DNA of 54,234 bases, counting the filler, from Sphacelaria rigidula (Eukaryota), in assembly GCA_964200075.2 (NCBI GenBank). It is 3 parts of 3 records of this genome, joined end to end, with 100 filler letters (N's around TTAATTAATTAA, not from the genome) between each part and the next. Parts side by side here need not be neighbours in the genome. Positions count along the whole stretch, not along the records: positions 1 to 18,017 come from CAXNAA020000937.1; 2 more parts are not named here. One strand, 5' to 3'. Below, one piece after another: positions 1-12,600 of the stretch. Numbering within the stretch: the first letter of the stretch is position 1; each line of letters starts with the position of its first letter. The notes under the pieces were generated by a model. The model was not told the DNA's origin and did not search any database. It saw nothing but the letters and a program-made list of their open reading frames with translations. The position numbers and the translations under genes are program-made.

Positions 1-468
1 GTACACGTAAAACAGCAGCCCCATCACCCGTACCGCTGTTTCGGGCGAAAGAGTCGCACATAACCAGCCCGCAACTCGTCAAAAGCGTACATAGAGCGGG
101 ACCCGCACTTTTGAGGTAATATGTTCACATTATTAGTGCGGGATGCGCACAATAAATGACAAAAAACATATTGTGCGGGTGCCCGGTTTAGTGCGGGTGA
201 AATCGCCTGTCCCACACCCGCACTATACAGGGCCACCTACTGTACTACTAAAAAACACCGCACTTCGTACGTCGTCACAGGCCGTGGCGCGAGTCGCTAA
301 ACACAGAGGTGCGGCTTACGGGCCACCCTGCTCGTGTCGCTCACATACTGCACGCAAGTCGACGATCATGTGGGAAGGTCTATACTTTTGGGGTGTATCA
401 TAACGAGCACGAATCAAAATGCAGGTGCTGTCATTTCTGCGGTTCTAGAAAGACTTCGTCTTACTCAC

Positions 469-631
469 CACCGCCCACAGGGCTCCTTCCCGATCATCGG
501 CGGGGGCGCTTGGATTTCTTGCTGTCCGCAACAAGTTCTCCAGGTCTCCGTGTTGCCTGAGTAGTTCACAACCCCTTTCGGTCTTGGCTAGCTCCCCGTA
601 GAGGTGAGGCGGCAGGAGGATGGCAGATGAT
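469..631 (-). CDS. RICTOR: RICTOR exon (SSAILLPPHLYGELAKTERGCELL...EGALWAV)
   Basis: CAG acceptor 632-634, GTGAGT donor 463-468; LPxHLYGxL and ALWA motifs. Confidence 0.9.
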
Positions 632-3600
632 CTGCGGCAAGCAGATCGGATGCAGCAAATGTTTGTATACTTTCAACATCTGCGACGGTATACCAGAGAG
701 CCGGTCAAACTAAGCTATGAGCCGGTTATCGGGGACATAACCGCTCCAACACACGAAGACATCACCCATCCCCTGGCGGGTGAAGGGCGGCCTCTGGGTG
801 GGCAACTGGACACAGGAGATGTTGCTTTCAGAGTGGAAACCAGACCTAGTCCTGAGATGGATTATCAGTCGATGTAAGATATCGACTAACTGCTACAGCG
901 ACACAGAAAACAGCCCAGTACAGGACAATGAATAGCGTGATCTGAGGAATGAATGAGCATGCCAAATCATGTGGACCGTCAGTGGACCGGTATTTGCAAA
1001 ATGAACACGAAAACAGTTGCAGCAGGAGTGTCTTTCCCCAAAATTTCACGAGTAAAAGACAGCTCAAGGTACGACAGCACCACGGCCAAAGATGAGAGTG
1101 TCTCCTCGCAAGACAGACTCAGGTTCAAGGCCACTGAGGTGTTCCCGGATAGCAGCGATTGGTCTATCCAGCGATCACGTGACACTCACCCGAAGTCCTT
1201 GAACGATAGGGTAAATTCCACCGCCTTCAAGTACGTCACGCTGGTGTGTTCCACCACCTGCACATGCATGATAAAGGCAAAGGTCGAGTCTGAACATGAT
1301 AGGTAAAATAGTTGCGATGCAGAGACATCACGGGGAGCCAGGAGGCGGTCTGTTTGACATTTCATGATGACGGATTATGTCGACGAAGTATAATAGCTGG
1401 ACCTAGCGACGAACCAGTACTTCACCTGAATGGTAATCGTGTCCTTGGGTTCAGGCTGATTTGTGAATATCCAGCGAGCTGTTTCGTTGGTAACGTTCAC
1501 AACCCGGTCGTGGCCCCACGGATCTGTCAGTGGACTTTCTCGTGCGCTCGCTACGTGGTCCTCGCCCCCGGGAGCTCCAGACTGCACACCGTGATCTTCC
1601 TCATGCAACGTTTTCGCTAAGGGAGAAATGGCACGCATCCCCAGACTCCCAGACCGGCTGATGCTTTTGACGTTGTCAGAACCTGGGTTGGTAACAACCT
1701 GCGGCACAGCCGCCCTCTGGCAAAGTAGTAGCAGCGAACAAAGGAACGCGGTCAAGCACGCAACCAGCTTACGAAGGTGGTAGGGAAGGGTACATTCCCT
1801 GAGGTATTCCGGGTTCTCAGAGTATCTTGGAGTACCCAGTACTTCAGGGTATGCACTGCCGGAAATACTCAGTATTCTAGGGTACCAGGGTATTGATAGC
1901 CAAAAGTACTCAGTACTCCAGGGTACTCGAGGTATTGACACCCCAAAATACCCCACTCTGTAACCGCACACTACCCTGACAACCTTAAGCCAGGTGGTCC
2001 GGGTAGGGTACGTACCCTGGTACCCTACACTCTTAGTGTATTTTTGAGTACCCAGTACTTCAGGGTACCAAGGGTATTGACTGCAGAAACCACTCAGTAT
2101 TTCCGGAAACACAGGGAATGGACACCTCGAGACAGTCTACTCTGGACCCTGCCCTACCCTAATGACCTGTACTAGATAGTGGTAGATCAGGCAACGATTG
2201 TTGTGTCTCGAAGTCAGATAAGACCGATCGTGAGGAAAGCAGAAAGCACCTGCAACTTTTAGCAAAAGAACTGCTTGCACCTGATGAGGTCTGCAGGTTG
2301 ACCACACGAGTTGGTTCTCCAGATCGGATGGATCTTCTGGCTTGTCTCGCGGCTGCCCGAAGTCCTGCACGCCTTGTATCCCACGATACATGGAACTCGT
2401 TCCATATACGCCATGGTCAGCCCGGGTATTTTGCGGTGACCACTGAGGACGTGAATTTCGATTTCCGCGATTCTTCCAGAACGACGCTGCCTGAGTAGGA
2501 TCAAGAACGAGAAGTGATCAGAACCTCCTGAAAAGCACTGATTTAGCCTTCGACCACGAGCCTGGTATCGGAATATTATCTTTGCTGATAGTCCCGTGGG
2601 TGAATGGGGGGGGAAGTACTTTTTTGAGGCGCGGAAGAGGGACCTAGCCCACGATCCTCGGAGTAGCCCAGGAAACGAACCGTATGATCATAAAGCTAAT
2701 TAGAAGTGGAATCATTGCTGAAAATTGCCCCCGTCGCAGCCTAAGAGGTACCATTTTTTTACGACGAAAAGGTTATTCAAGCATGCAATAAACCAGCTAC
2801 TGTTGCACAGCACTCAGCATCTGCCCCTCTAATCGCGAACAAGCTGCACACGCTACACTCATCGCATTTAGCAGAGACAGAAGCAGCGTGAACTGTGTAC
2901 ATTAGAGAGCAGTTACACGCGGGGTTATTTAGTATTTCTTGTTATCTGTCGCTGTTCTTCGACGAAAAAAAACGACTTCTGTTCAGCACAGCAAGGTACA
3001 TCTTCAGTAGAGGACAACAGCCGTGTCAGTGGACAATAGCCGTGACATCTAACGCAGCACCAAGATACGCTCCAGATGTGCTAGCATCGCTTCGGCACTG
3101 CCGACAGATACTAAACTATTTTCTTATATAGTAGCAGTACGAGAGCAAAGCATACACCACCCGCAGCACACAGAGCTGCTCAGATGGCAAACAGTGAAAC
3201 GCGAGCTGACTGAGCCGAAACTAGGTACAAGGCGACAGGAGTTCTCAGTGCATTGACTCCTCTCCATACACTCAAGTATCCCCTTGCTTACACGAATAGG
3301 TATGTTATGTTAACGGTAAATTTTGTCCTCAACGTCAAAGTAGTCAATATTAAGCGTTTTGATGCACATCGCGGTCTACGGGTTGCATGAAAAAAAAAAT
3401 GTAAAATTGGGAGACCTCGCTGTGCACTGACTTTTGGGTGCTTCAGTCACTTCATCTTCGCAAAACTTCGACTGCTCTTCAGGAACCACCTAAATCTGGC
3501 ACGGTACCTGGCCGTCAGCTGAAGCCGCGGGGGACTGTATGTTGCCCCATCTGTCCACTGCACACGCGCCCACACAAAGGCGAGCGTGAAGCGCCAGATG

Positions 3601-6600
3601 TGCTTCCAGCGGATGGCAAGTGGGCTTACCTGAGCCATCCACCAGAATCCCCCTGACGATCTGAAAGAAAAACAAGGCAATGTAAGGATTCATAGACATG
3701 AGGAACGAAACATGTGTGAGCCGATAGCAGCTGCTTGATATCTCAAGCTTCCCTTCATTTAACAAGAGCATACTCCCCGTTTGTGATCCGCGCTTTCACG
3801 CGTCTAGTCCATGTCATCCTGACCACACGCACGAAACATGCTCCGAATACCTTGATAAACACCTAGAAATGAGGTGTTGCTTGTCTCACTCACCGAAAAT
3901 AGCGTAAGTTGTGATAACTTCAAGTTCCGACTTTAGGTTGACGATAAGACAAAGCATACCTGGCGAAGATGAGAAGTTCAACTGTGCAAGCTAATTTTAT
4001 TGTGAGTTTTTTCCGCGTGAAATTACCCACCACTGTCTTCGCCCCGTGAGTGCCGGACATGGCCGTCCTCGACCCTTGTGCTTCCTCCGTGGGTGAGGCA
4101 TGGACGAAGGTATCTAACCGCAGCTGCAATTCAGCTGTTGGTGCCGTGTCTCGTGACACCATGACCTCGATGTTCCATGGCAGACCTTGGAGTAGCGGTA
4201 GTTCGTGTCCATTCCAGCGGCCGCTGGCCGCCGTGCCCTGTGGTCTGTTGACACATGGTCAAGTCGTTCCAGCGCGGTGTCTAGATGCAGTACATAACAT
4301 AATAATAGTAAACTATATCGGGGATATCTGAGAAGGATACAGCCTTAGCAATCCACTTCATAAAGAGCCGACCTAGTGGAACCGACCCAAGCGCTACCAC
4401 CTTCCACGTGACCATTTATGAGGAAAATAGCGAAATGAACATTCTCCAAGACTCCATATTACCTAACCCTGACGCTCAGGCGAGGACGGATTCCCCCATT
4501 GCCGCGCTCCAATCGTAATTAGGGCGAACAAGAATTCTCGCAACTCGCCCATATCACACCTAGCGGTTACTGATACAAGGAAAATCATATAGGTCGATGC
4601 AGGACGGCCCGCCTGACCTTCAACTCGTATTAGCGACAACCGCTAACGGCTCCCTATGAGACTTTCACACTGGGTACTTACTGTGCGGGCAAAATATTAT
4701 CCGTCCGGATAGGTATCGAGACAGGGCTTCCGCTGCCAGACGTTCCTCCAGGTTCGGGAGAAGCAGAAGGCTCCATATCCAGGGTGTCCTCCACATGCTC
4801 CACCTCATTAACATGGGCCTGCCAGATGTGGCGAATACAGAATACACGGTAATCCTTTAGCAGCTGCAGCGTACCAAAGAGTATTCGCGGGTGGTCATTG
4901 GGAGATATAGTCCGCATTATCATGATCAGTATGATGTGGCATGCAAAGTTCATGTATGTGCATGTGGTCAACGCTTATGAGCACATCCCGATGCAACAAT
5001 TACGGATCGTGTATACCACTGTAATCCCAGATAGTACGGTACAGTCCAGATAAGTACAGTGCAGCACTTCGCTCTCCTCACCGCGACAGCTAGACGTGGC
5101 CTGCGGTACGATGCGAGTGTGACAGCGGCGTGTCTGGGGATACGTATCCCACAGTAGGCACCTTGTCTGTGATCACATTGTACCTATCGTTACCGGCATG
5201 TTGTCATGTGCTGACCACACAGACCGGAATGGCCTGGGTATGGGTGAGCAGTCGAAGTATGCTTGTCATCGATGGGCATGCATGTGTGCTCAAAAACAGA
5301 CCCGATGCTTGTTTACTGCAAGTACAATACTACATCCGCGGTTGCCTCAAGGCTAGTTGATGACAATAATCACAAACAACGTAGATGGCCGTCACGCGAC
5401 TTACTCGGGTTTGAGGGGTGTACCAGACCAAGACATTGCTCTATAGGTCGATTTTCGCGTGCTTCCCTATTGATAGCCCTCTCCGGGCAGGTGTGCCTGT
5501 TTCTCTCTTCGTTTCTGTTTTCATAGACCCTCTCCGAAATTCTCCGACGAGGTCCCAGTCGAGCCCGGGGGTTTGAAAGTCGTCTGTGGTGTCAAAAATC
5601 AAGCAATTTACCCCAAAACCCTACTTGGTATGCAACCGGATCGCAAACTACCGTACAATCGTGGACGCCTTTCCTGGCGCACTTTTTACCCATTGGCGCT
5701 TCTTTTCAGTCGCTCAAGCTCCGTCAGTATGCCATCTGCCGATGTGATTGGTTCGCACTCCACGCAATTAAAAATATATATTCTAAACAACCGCACATGC
5801 CTCTGATGCTCTTCGCGCAGCGGTTGCTACAGGTTCAAACGTCGCGAGGTCAAGACAATACCATACCTACACTCCATGTATCACGTGGGCAGTTCCTGGA
5901 GGTTTCAACGTGTACGAAATGTGAATAAACGCACCTTCCATTTGGCTGCGAGACACTTCGTGTATGCTTTGACGTGACCCTTTCTCTTCCATTTATGTAG
6001 CGTTCGCTCGACCCACCCGAGTTGATCTAGGTACTGGATACCCTCAGGTATTGACATGAAGCGCATGAGTAAGTTGCTTGCTCCTGCCTTGTCGATAAGA
6101 TCTGCCTTCGCAAGTACCTGTATGACCGCACAAATGAAGGTAGATAGGTGTGTGCGTAAAGAAGCTGGGGTATTAGCTTAGCACGTTGATTTGCGCTCGG
6201 AAGATATTCCTCATGAACGGTGAAAACTAGTCTACCCACAGCTGTTGTGACTATTAGGGGCAATGTCGAAATATCTTCGTACAAGGGCTTCCCGAGTGAC
6301 AAGAGGTTGCTGAGGAAACAAGGTACAAAGTGGTGTACGGTGCCTCTTGTGACTTGATCCCATAGCAAGCCCGGCAGTCTCACATTAGTTTCGTGTGCAT
6401 GGCAGGCTTGCCGTCTAACGACGCGTATTTGTGCATCGCATGTTGAACTCCTGGCACAAGCTCATAAGCACAGCGTTTTGAACCATCAACGGCATCACCC
6501 TAAATATTGCATGTAGGATAGTGGGGCTTCATGTATTAGTTTTTACCCGCAGGTAGCCGCAAGTCCTTCTACTCGCAAATCGAGCACTCCTCTTGTACAC

Positions 6601-9600
6601 TTTGTGGGTGTGAATGAAATGTTGTACTCCATGGGGAAACGTCCCCTCAGGCCTACGTAGGATTGATGCAGAACGCACTTCCTCGACGACCAGCACATCT
6701 TGCAACACTGAAAACAATGCTGTTTCTCACAAGGATTCGTAAACAGCGTTCGTCTTGAGCGGCTTCCTCCAGAGCGTCAAGTACAGCCTGCACAATGACC
6801 GGCTCGTCACGGGAGAGCTGGGCGATCAATGTCTCGATACACCACCGCTCCAGCCCGCTGGTTTCCGCGCTTGAGGCACGGCCTCTAAGTGTTCTCGATG
6901 CAGCATTATTGGGGTCTCCATTCACAGCAGTGGCATCTCGTAGCACAGATCGCATCAGATTGACGGCGAACAAACGAAGATGGCTGGCAGCGGAGAAGCA
7001 GGCAAAGGAACACCACGTAACTAATTCTGCGCCGGCTGGCTGACTGTGCCGTAGAGAGTTTTGCGCAATCGAATACGGGCAGTGAGAGTTGTTTTCGCTA
7101 CATACCTGGACCCCGAGGCCATCCATGTGCTGAGAAGATCCCTAGCTATGAACTTGTCGCTGGTGAAGTCGACGGTCGTCAGTATGAGGCGACTCATGTA
7201 GTCCAGCTCAGGCTGCTCGAACGCCGGTATGTGTTCAAGGTTCAGACAGGCTTATATTGTAGCAAGCGGCACATGACGCTTATAAGTGTCAGGACGATAC
7301 AGAGCTTAATGAAGGTGCGCGTGGTTCTTTGTGAGCGTAAGAGTACACGCGGACTTCGCTTACCTTCTCGAACAATATCAGATGCGTGCTGCTGTGACAT
7401 GGGGTAGCTGAAGCAAGAACCAAACAAGGCAACGGCACAGTGCCACTAGTTAGCGTTCAAAAGCTCAAGTGTTGTTCCTCTAAAAACGCGAATAGTTGTC
7501 TTCGTACGCGATTATCTGGATTCTATATTCTTGTGGGCCGGGTTCGTCCAGCCGGATGTGAGCGTCTAACCTGGCTACCCATGATTGCAAGATGGGACCA
7601 AAGTTCAGTGTTAGCCAGGAGCTCCCGCCCTGCGTCGGAAGCCGCAGCGACGCCAAACAGTAGGGTGATGTAGCCCCCGCTGAGTCGCCGCTGACAAGAT
7701 TCCATGTCGAAAACCTTGAACGAGGGAGGCACGACCAACGGGCAAGTTGAAGAACTTCACCAGCAACGGAGTTCGACTGAGAAGCGGTTGCATAACGGCG
7801 GCTCTAGAGAAGTTCACAGTGCCCTTGTGCACACGAGCATTGACCCATCACATCTTCATCCCGCACGACGCATAGATCAGTAGGTGATGCAGATGATTTC
7901 GTCTGAGTCGATACCGATAACGTTAGGTGTGTCCAGACCGTGCAAGTATCAAAGTTCAGGACTGACGGCAAACACCTTTGATGCGTTGGTGACTTTGCCC
8001 AAGCTCCCAGCACTGCTCCAACGCCTCGTCACCAAAGCTTGTAGCTCCTTCACGGTTTCCTGTCGCACGAATAACAGAATCGAAAAGACAGACAAGACCC
8101 ACGCAACAGGCAAAACACTAGTCACGAGAGGTACTGTAACCCTCATCAACACGAATCCAGCCACGCCTCGTACAAATCGATCGTACTATGTTCTATTGCC
8201 TCCAAACAACGGTTGCCTTTTGGTGAATAGCAACAATGGCCTCACCGGGAGACGAATCAATACCTGCAGAATGCCCCCTCTGGCATCACTTTGCAAGAAG
8301 TGAACCCCCTCTGGCTGCTGAAGCAGCACGGAATACAATCGAACGACGCATTCGACGTGACGGATGTTGTCTGGATCCCAGCGCATGTTGTGGAGTCCTC
8401 CCCCCCCGCCCCTACGTGCGCAAATTCGGACGAAACGATTGTGCACAAGGAGGGCTATGAAGCAAGCGCATAAAATATGGCAATCCTATCCTGCAGGCAC
8501 ACATTACTACAGTGGGGGTCCTTTTCAAAGCCGGTCGTTCACAGACTGGATGAACACAAAACGCTGGCAATGCTTGCGGGACATTACTTTCGGCCGATGA
8601 GCCTTGAAGTGGGTCCACGGTGTTGCTGTTGTGTCTATACAAGGGGTTGATATCGATATGAACACTTTGAGGGCGACGCAACGCTCGGAACATACAATAT
8701 CGCCGGTTGTCGTCCCGGCGAAAATGAGGGAGAGGGCACAGGCGGATGCGGGGTCTCTGATGCCCTGCATAGCCTAGATACACCGGTGGATGTACACTGC
8801 TGATGTCGACGCTTTCAATTTCTTCGTCGGACCCTGCTGTGCATGGAAGTGTACCTATCCTTGCCCGATGCAGACAATCACGCTTAAGCGCCCTCGCTAC
8901 GACCGCACTCTCTGGTTAAGACATCAATTTGTGTGGACTATTCGACAGTGGTTAATCAGTACTGTGTATCAGTCAAGATCAAGCAACACATCGTCCGTCC
9001 AACATGCAGACCACAGGCATGGCGTACGTGAACATTTTTCGTGCGTATTGATGTGCATGATATTTATGTGCACATGAAACTAGCCAAAACATGACAAATT
9101 CAACGCAGTAGATATCAATGCAGTTTCCCCCGGCGCTAAAGAACCTTGGATACCTGGGTGACTGACCACAACAGATATACTCTTCACGAGGTGCGGTGTG
9201 TTGGTGTGGTTTGCGAGGCATAGCAAGACCGAGACATACATCACGGATCGACCATTGGCTTCATATTAGAGCGGACCTCAGATCGATATTTCGTGCTACC
9301 ACCCCGCCAGTCGCCCCAGTGGCAAAGTTGATCACCCCGAAACTTTTTGACCGTTGGGACGTGGGTCCGAATCTCGGTGAAATCACATGGTTTGGGATTT
9401 TTTTCTCACATCATTTCCAACAGTGGAGAGCGACTATGTTGTGGGTACACGACGTCCGACTTCATTGTCGACGAGGGAAAGGGAGAGGCCCTCCCGTGAT
9501 GAAAAGAAAAGGCAAGCAACGCAGAAGTAGGGTGGAGTACTACAGACAAAATGAAGAATCAAAAACTCCTGTGTTGACCTTTCTTCTGTGTGGCCCCGGG

Positions 9601-12600
9601 TGATGCGATACCGAAAGGTGTAGACTGGCATCCAGACTAGATGGGACGACGGCACACACACACGCACGCCCACGCACGCATCCGAATCGAGCGAATGTAA
9701 CGTACGTCCACATCACACTTCCCCAGTGTCCCGGTGAAGCCGCTGGCTCGTCTGCAAGGGCATGCATGGTATCGTGAGTACTCACAGTGTAACGCAGCTA
9801 GGAGCAACGGCTGTACAATAAAATAGGCAGTACAGTTAGTGACTGGTACTGGGTATGGGCTAGGGTCTGATGCAGTAAAGTACCGTGTTAGTACGCGATA
9901 CTGCGGCCGACACACCATAATTAACATAGAAGTGCTTCATTTTGGACGTGGAACAACAGAGACCTTGACAGGAGCAAAAAAGACACATAAGTGCCCGTGG
10001 GATCACAGAACTACACCAAGAGAGCCACAGTCATTACCTGCCAGCGATTTCAAGCGAGTAACATAATTATCTACCTCGTGACCACCGGGCAGGAACGGTT
10101 ATTGGACATATACATTCAACGTCGGAACCGACACGAGTCACATATCGTATATCGGCGCTAGGCAAGCTGCCACACCTTTTTGCACGAAGAAAATATCCAC
10201 TTTCAAGGTCACGAAATATGATGTACTATGCGCACCGAAATTGAGTTGGAGAAGTGCGTGCTTCGTTCAATCGTTGTTGCCCCGCCCAGTTTTGCCGTCA
10301 TTAGGTCAAACCCTCACAAACATATTCACAGCCACGGCACGAACAACGTAGTGGGGCACCTTTTTGATTTCTTCTCCTGGGGCCGAGTCATTCAGTATCC
10401 AAAATATTGAAAAAAGAGAGAGAAAAAAAACATTAGTACAAAAATCGCTAAATTACCATCACCGCGGCCCTGAGAGAAAAATAAAGGTGTGATGCACCCC
10501 CGTTGCCCTCGCAACGGATCCCAACAAGTGTTCGTGTTTACCTTGTGACTCCATAAGTGGACGAGGCTAGGGCTTGAAAAGGGTTCTAGTCCTTGGTCCC
10601 GGCAGCGTTTCTAGCGGCACCTTTACACGCACATCCCAATCTTCAATAGTATAACATATACAAACACGGCGACTCTTGTAAGTGGTGGATGCAGTCGCTG
10701 TACTGTACGCTACACCTCTGGGGCTTGCTACTATCGCTCCTGCATGTGTACATACTTCGAAGATATCACGCACCTGCACAGTACCCATGATGTTCTGCTG
10801 CTACTGTCGCACATACTACCACAGACTTGAAAAGTCATGCAACAGTACACAACAGCCAACTGCACTACTCTATTTTCTCCCCGTCTTCTTGGTCTGGCAC
10901 CAGGGTAAGCTGAGAAGAGTCTTTCCGCGCACGCAATTTTTTCCGTCACGCGAAACTCCCGAGGGTTCAGTTTTTGTGCTGCAGAAACGCGAGGTCGGAC
11001 AAGAGCCACCCACTCCCGGCAAGCAGAATCGGTACATCGTCTGAGACCGAGCTAGACTCTTCTATTTCACTAATAAATGTGAAATACCGAAGAACTACCG
11101 TAGAATTCTAAGCACGCAGGCTGCACGAACAACCGCTCGACCCAAGGCAAGGCAACCACAGCACGCCGGCCACACACCAACAAGAAGGAGACACGTTGGG
11201 TCCACCTACCTGTCAGTTGAGGTGCCCACGGGGCCAGCGCCCACGAACCGATAAAAACCCGACACTCGTTTCACCCATTTCGTGCGCAAAGCATCCACCA
11301 AGCGAGGGGCGTGGGGCAGGATGTCTTGTACAATGTCATCCACCACATCCCAGTCCCATTTTGTCCAGTCTTTAGTAGCCAGAACCTGGTGCGACATTGT
11401 TACGGACTTCAACGCGTGATATCTTCGCCGTTACAATATACAAGACGACAGGCAATGGCGATGAACTCTTCCACAGAGCTACAACGATCACAGCACGTGG
11501 ATATCACATTCTCCCGCCCACGACAATTGGTCACGTCTTCACTAGTCAAGAGGCTTCGTCAAACACAAACGTTGGTGAGGAATCTTAGTCCAGCCAGCTA
11601 CGCATAACGCTTGCCTTGCTCTTGTGCATTTGATTATCCATCACGTTCTTCTCCACGGTTGACTCCAAGTTTAGACGAAGCTCCTGTCGCATCTGTTGTA
11701 GAGTTCCCATCGGCTTCCTCGACCCGCTTGCATTTTCAGCCTCATTTGTGATTGATTTGGTAGCGCTGGAGACCTGGGTCACGAAGTGGATTTCGAACAA
11801 ACACCGCAATTGACAACAAAAAATTGCGGCCGAACGTCGGCTCATGGTCTGCGTTCTCCCATCGTTGGTAGTTCTGCTGCCACGTCACTTGCCACTCGCT
11901 CAACTCGGTGGATGTCAGACTGGGCGTTCGTGTGGGATTCAGGCAAGACAGGATAAAATGAAACGGCACCTTCTGCTGACGTGGATCCACGGCTACAGCG
12001 CCGTGTTAGCATTCATACTTCATGGTAGGAACGGGTGTTGGTGTCTTGCTCACGAAACTGCATATCATGTCGCGAAATAACAAATGATACTTGAGAAACA
12101 TGGGACTGTAAAATTCCCCCTGTGAAAAGACGTATCATCTCACTATTGTTGGTACACTCGTCCGGTCCCGACTTCAATGAAATCCCGAGAAAGGACCTCT
12201 CAAGGAAGCCTATTGAAACATATTATCCAGGTCCGGAGTTAGTTACAACGGCAAAACGTACTGTACAACTGAATAACGCGCCCAAAAATATCAAAACATG
12301 CGTAGAAACCCCGCTTTTGTTTTCGCGAAAGCCCACGCAGAACCCCACGCCTTGGCAGTAACAGCACTGCTGTGTTGGGCTGCTAGGGATGCTTCGCGTC
12401 AAGGTCGAATCTAGACTGGTAGTTTGGACCAGGGAAGAGGTACAGGTGACCATCGGCGATGTATGGGTGAAGCTCGTCGTTTCGATACTCGCTGGGGTAT
12501 ATGATATATTTCCTCGAGGCGTGAGTCAGCGAATTGTGCGTGTAAAGCATTTTTCGGTAATATCGGCATCGTGTCGCGTGTGCTGTTCAGGTAGTTCTGC

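Noticed and set aside
5131..5435. Solo LTR (TGTCT...AGACA)
   Set aside because: No TSD and no second copy in the window.
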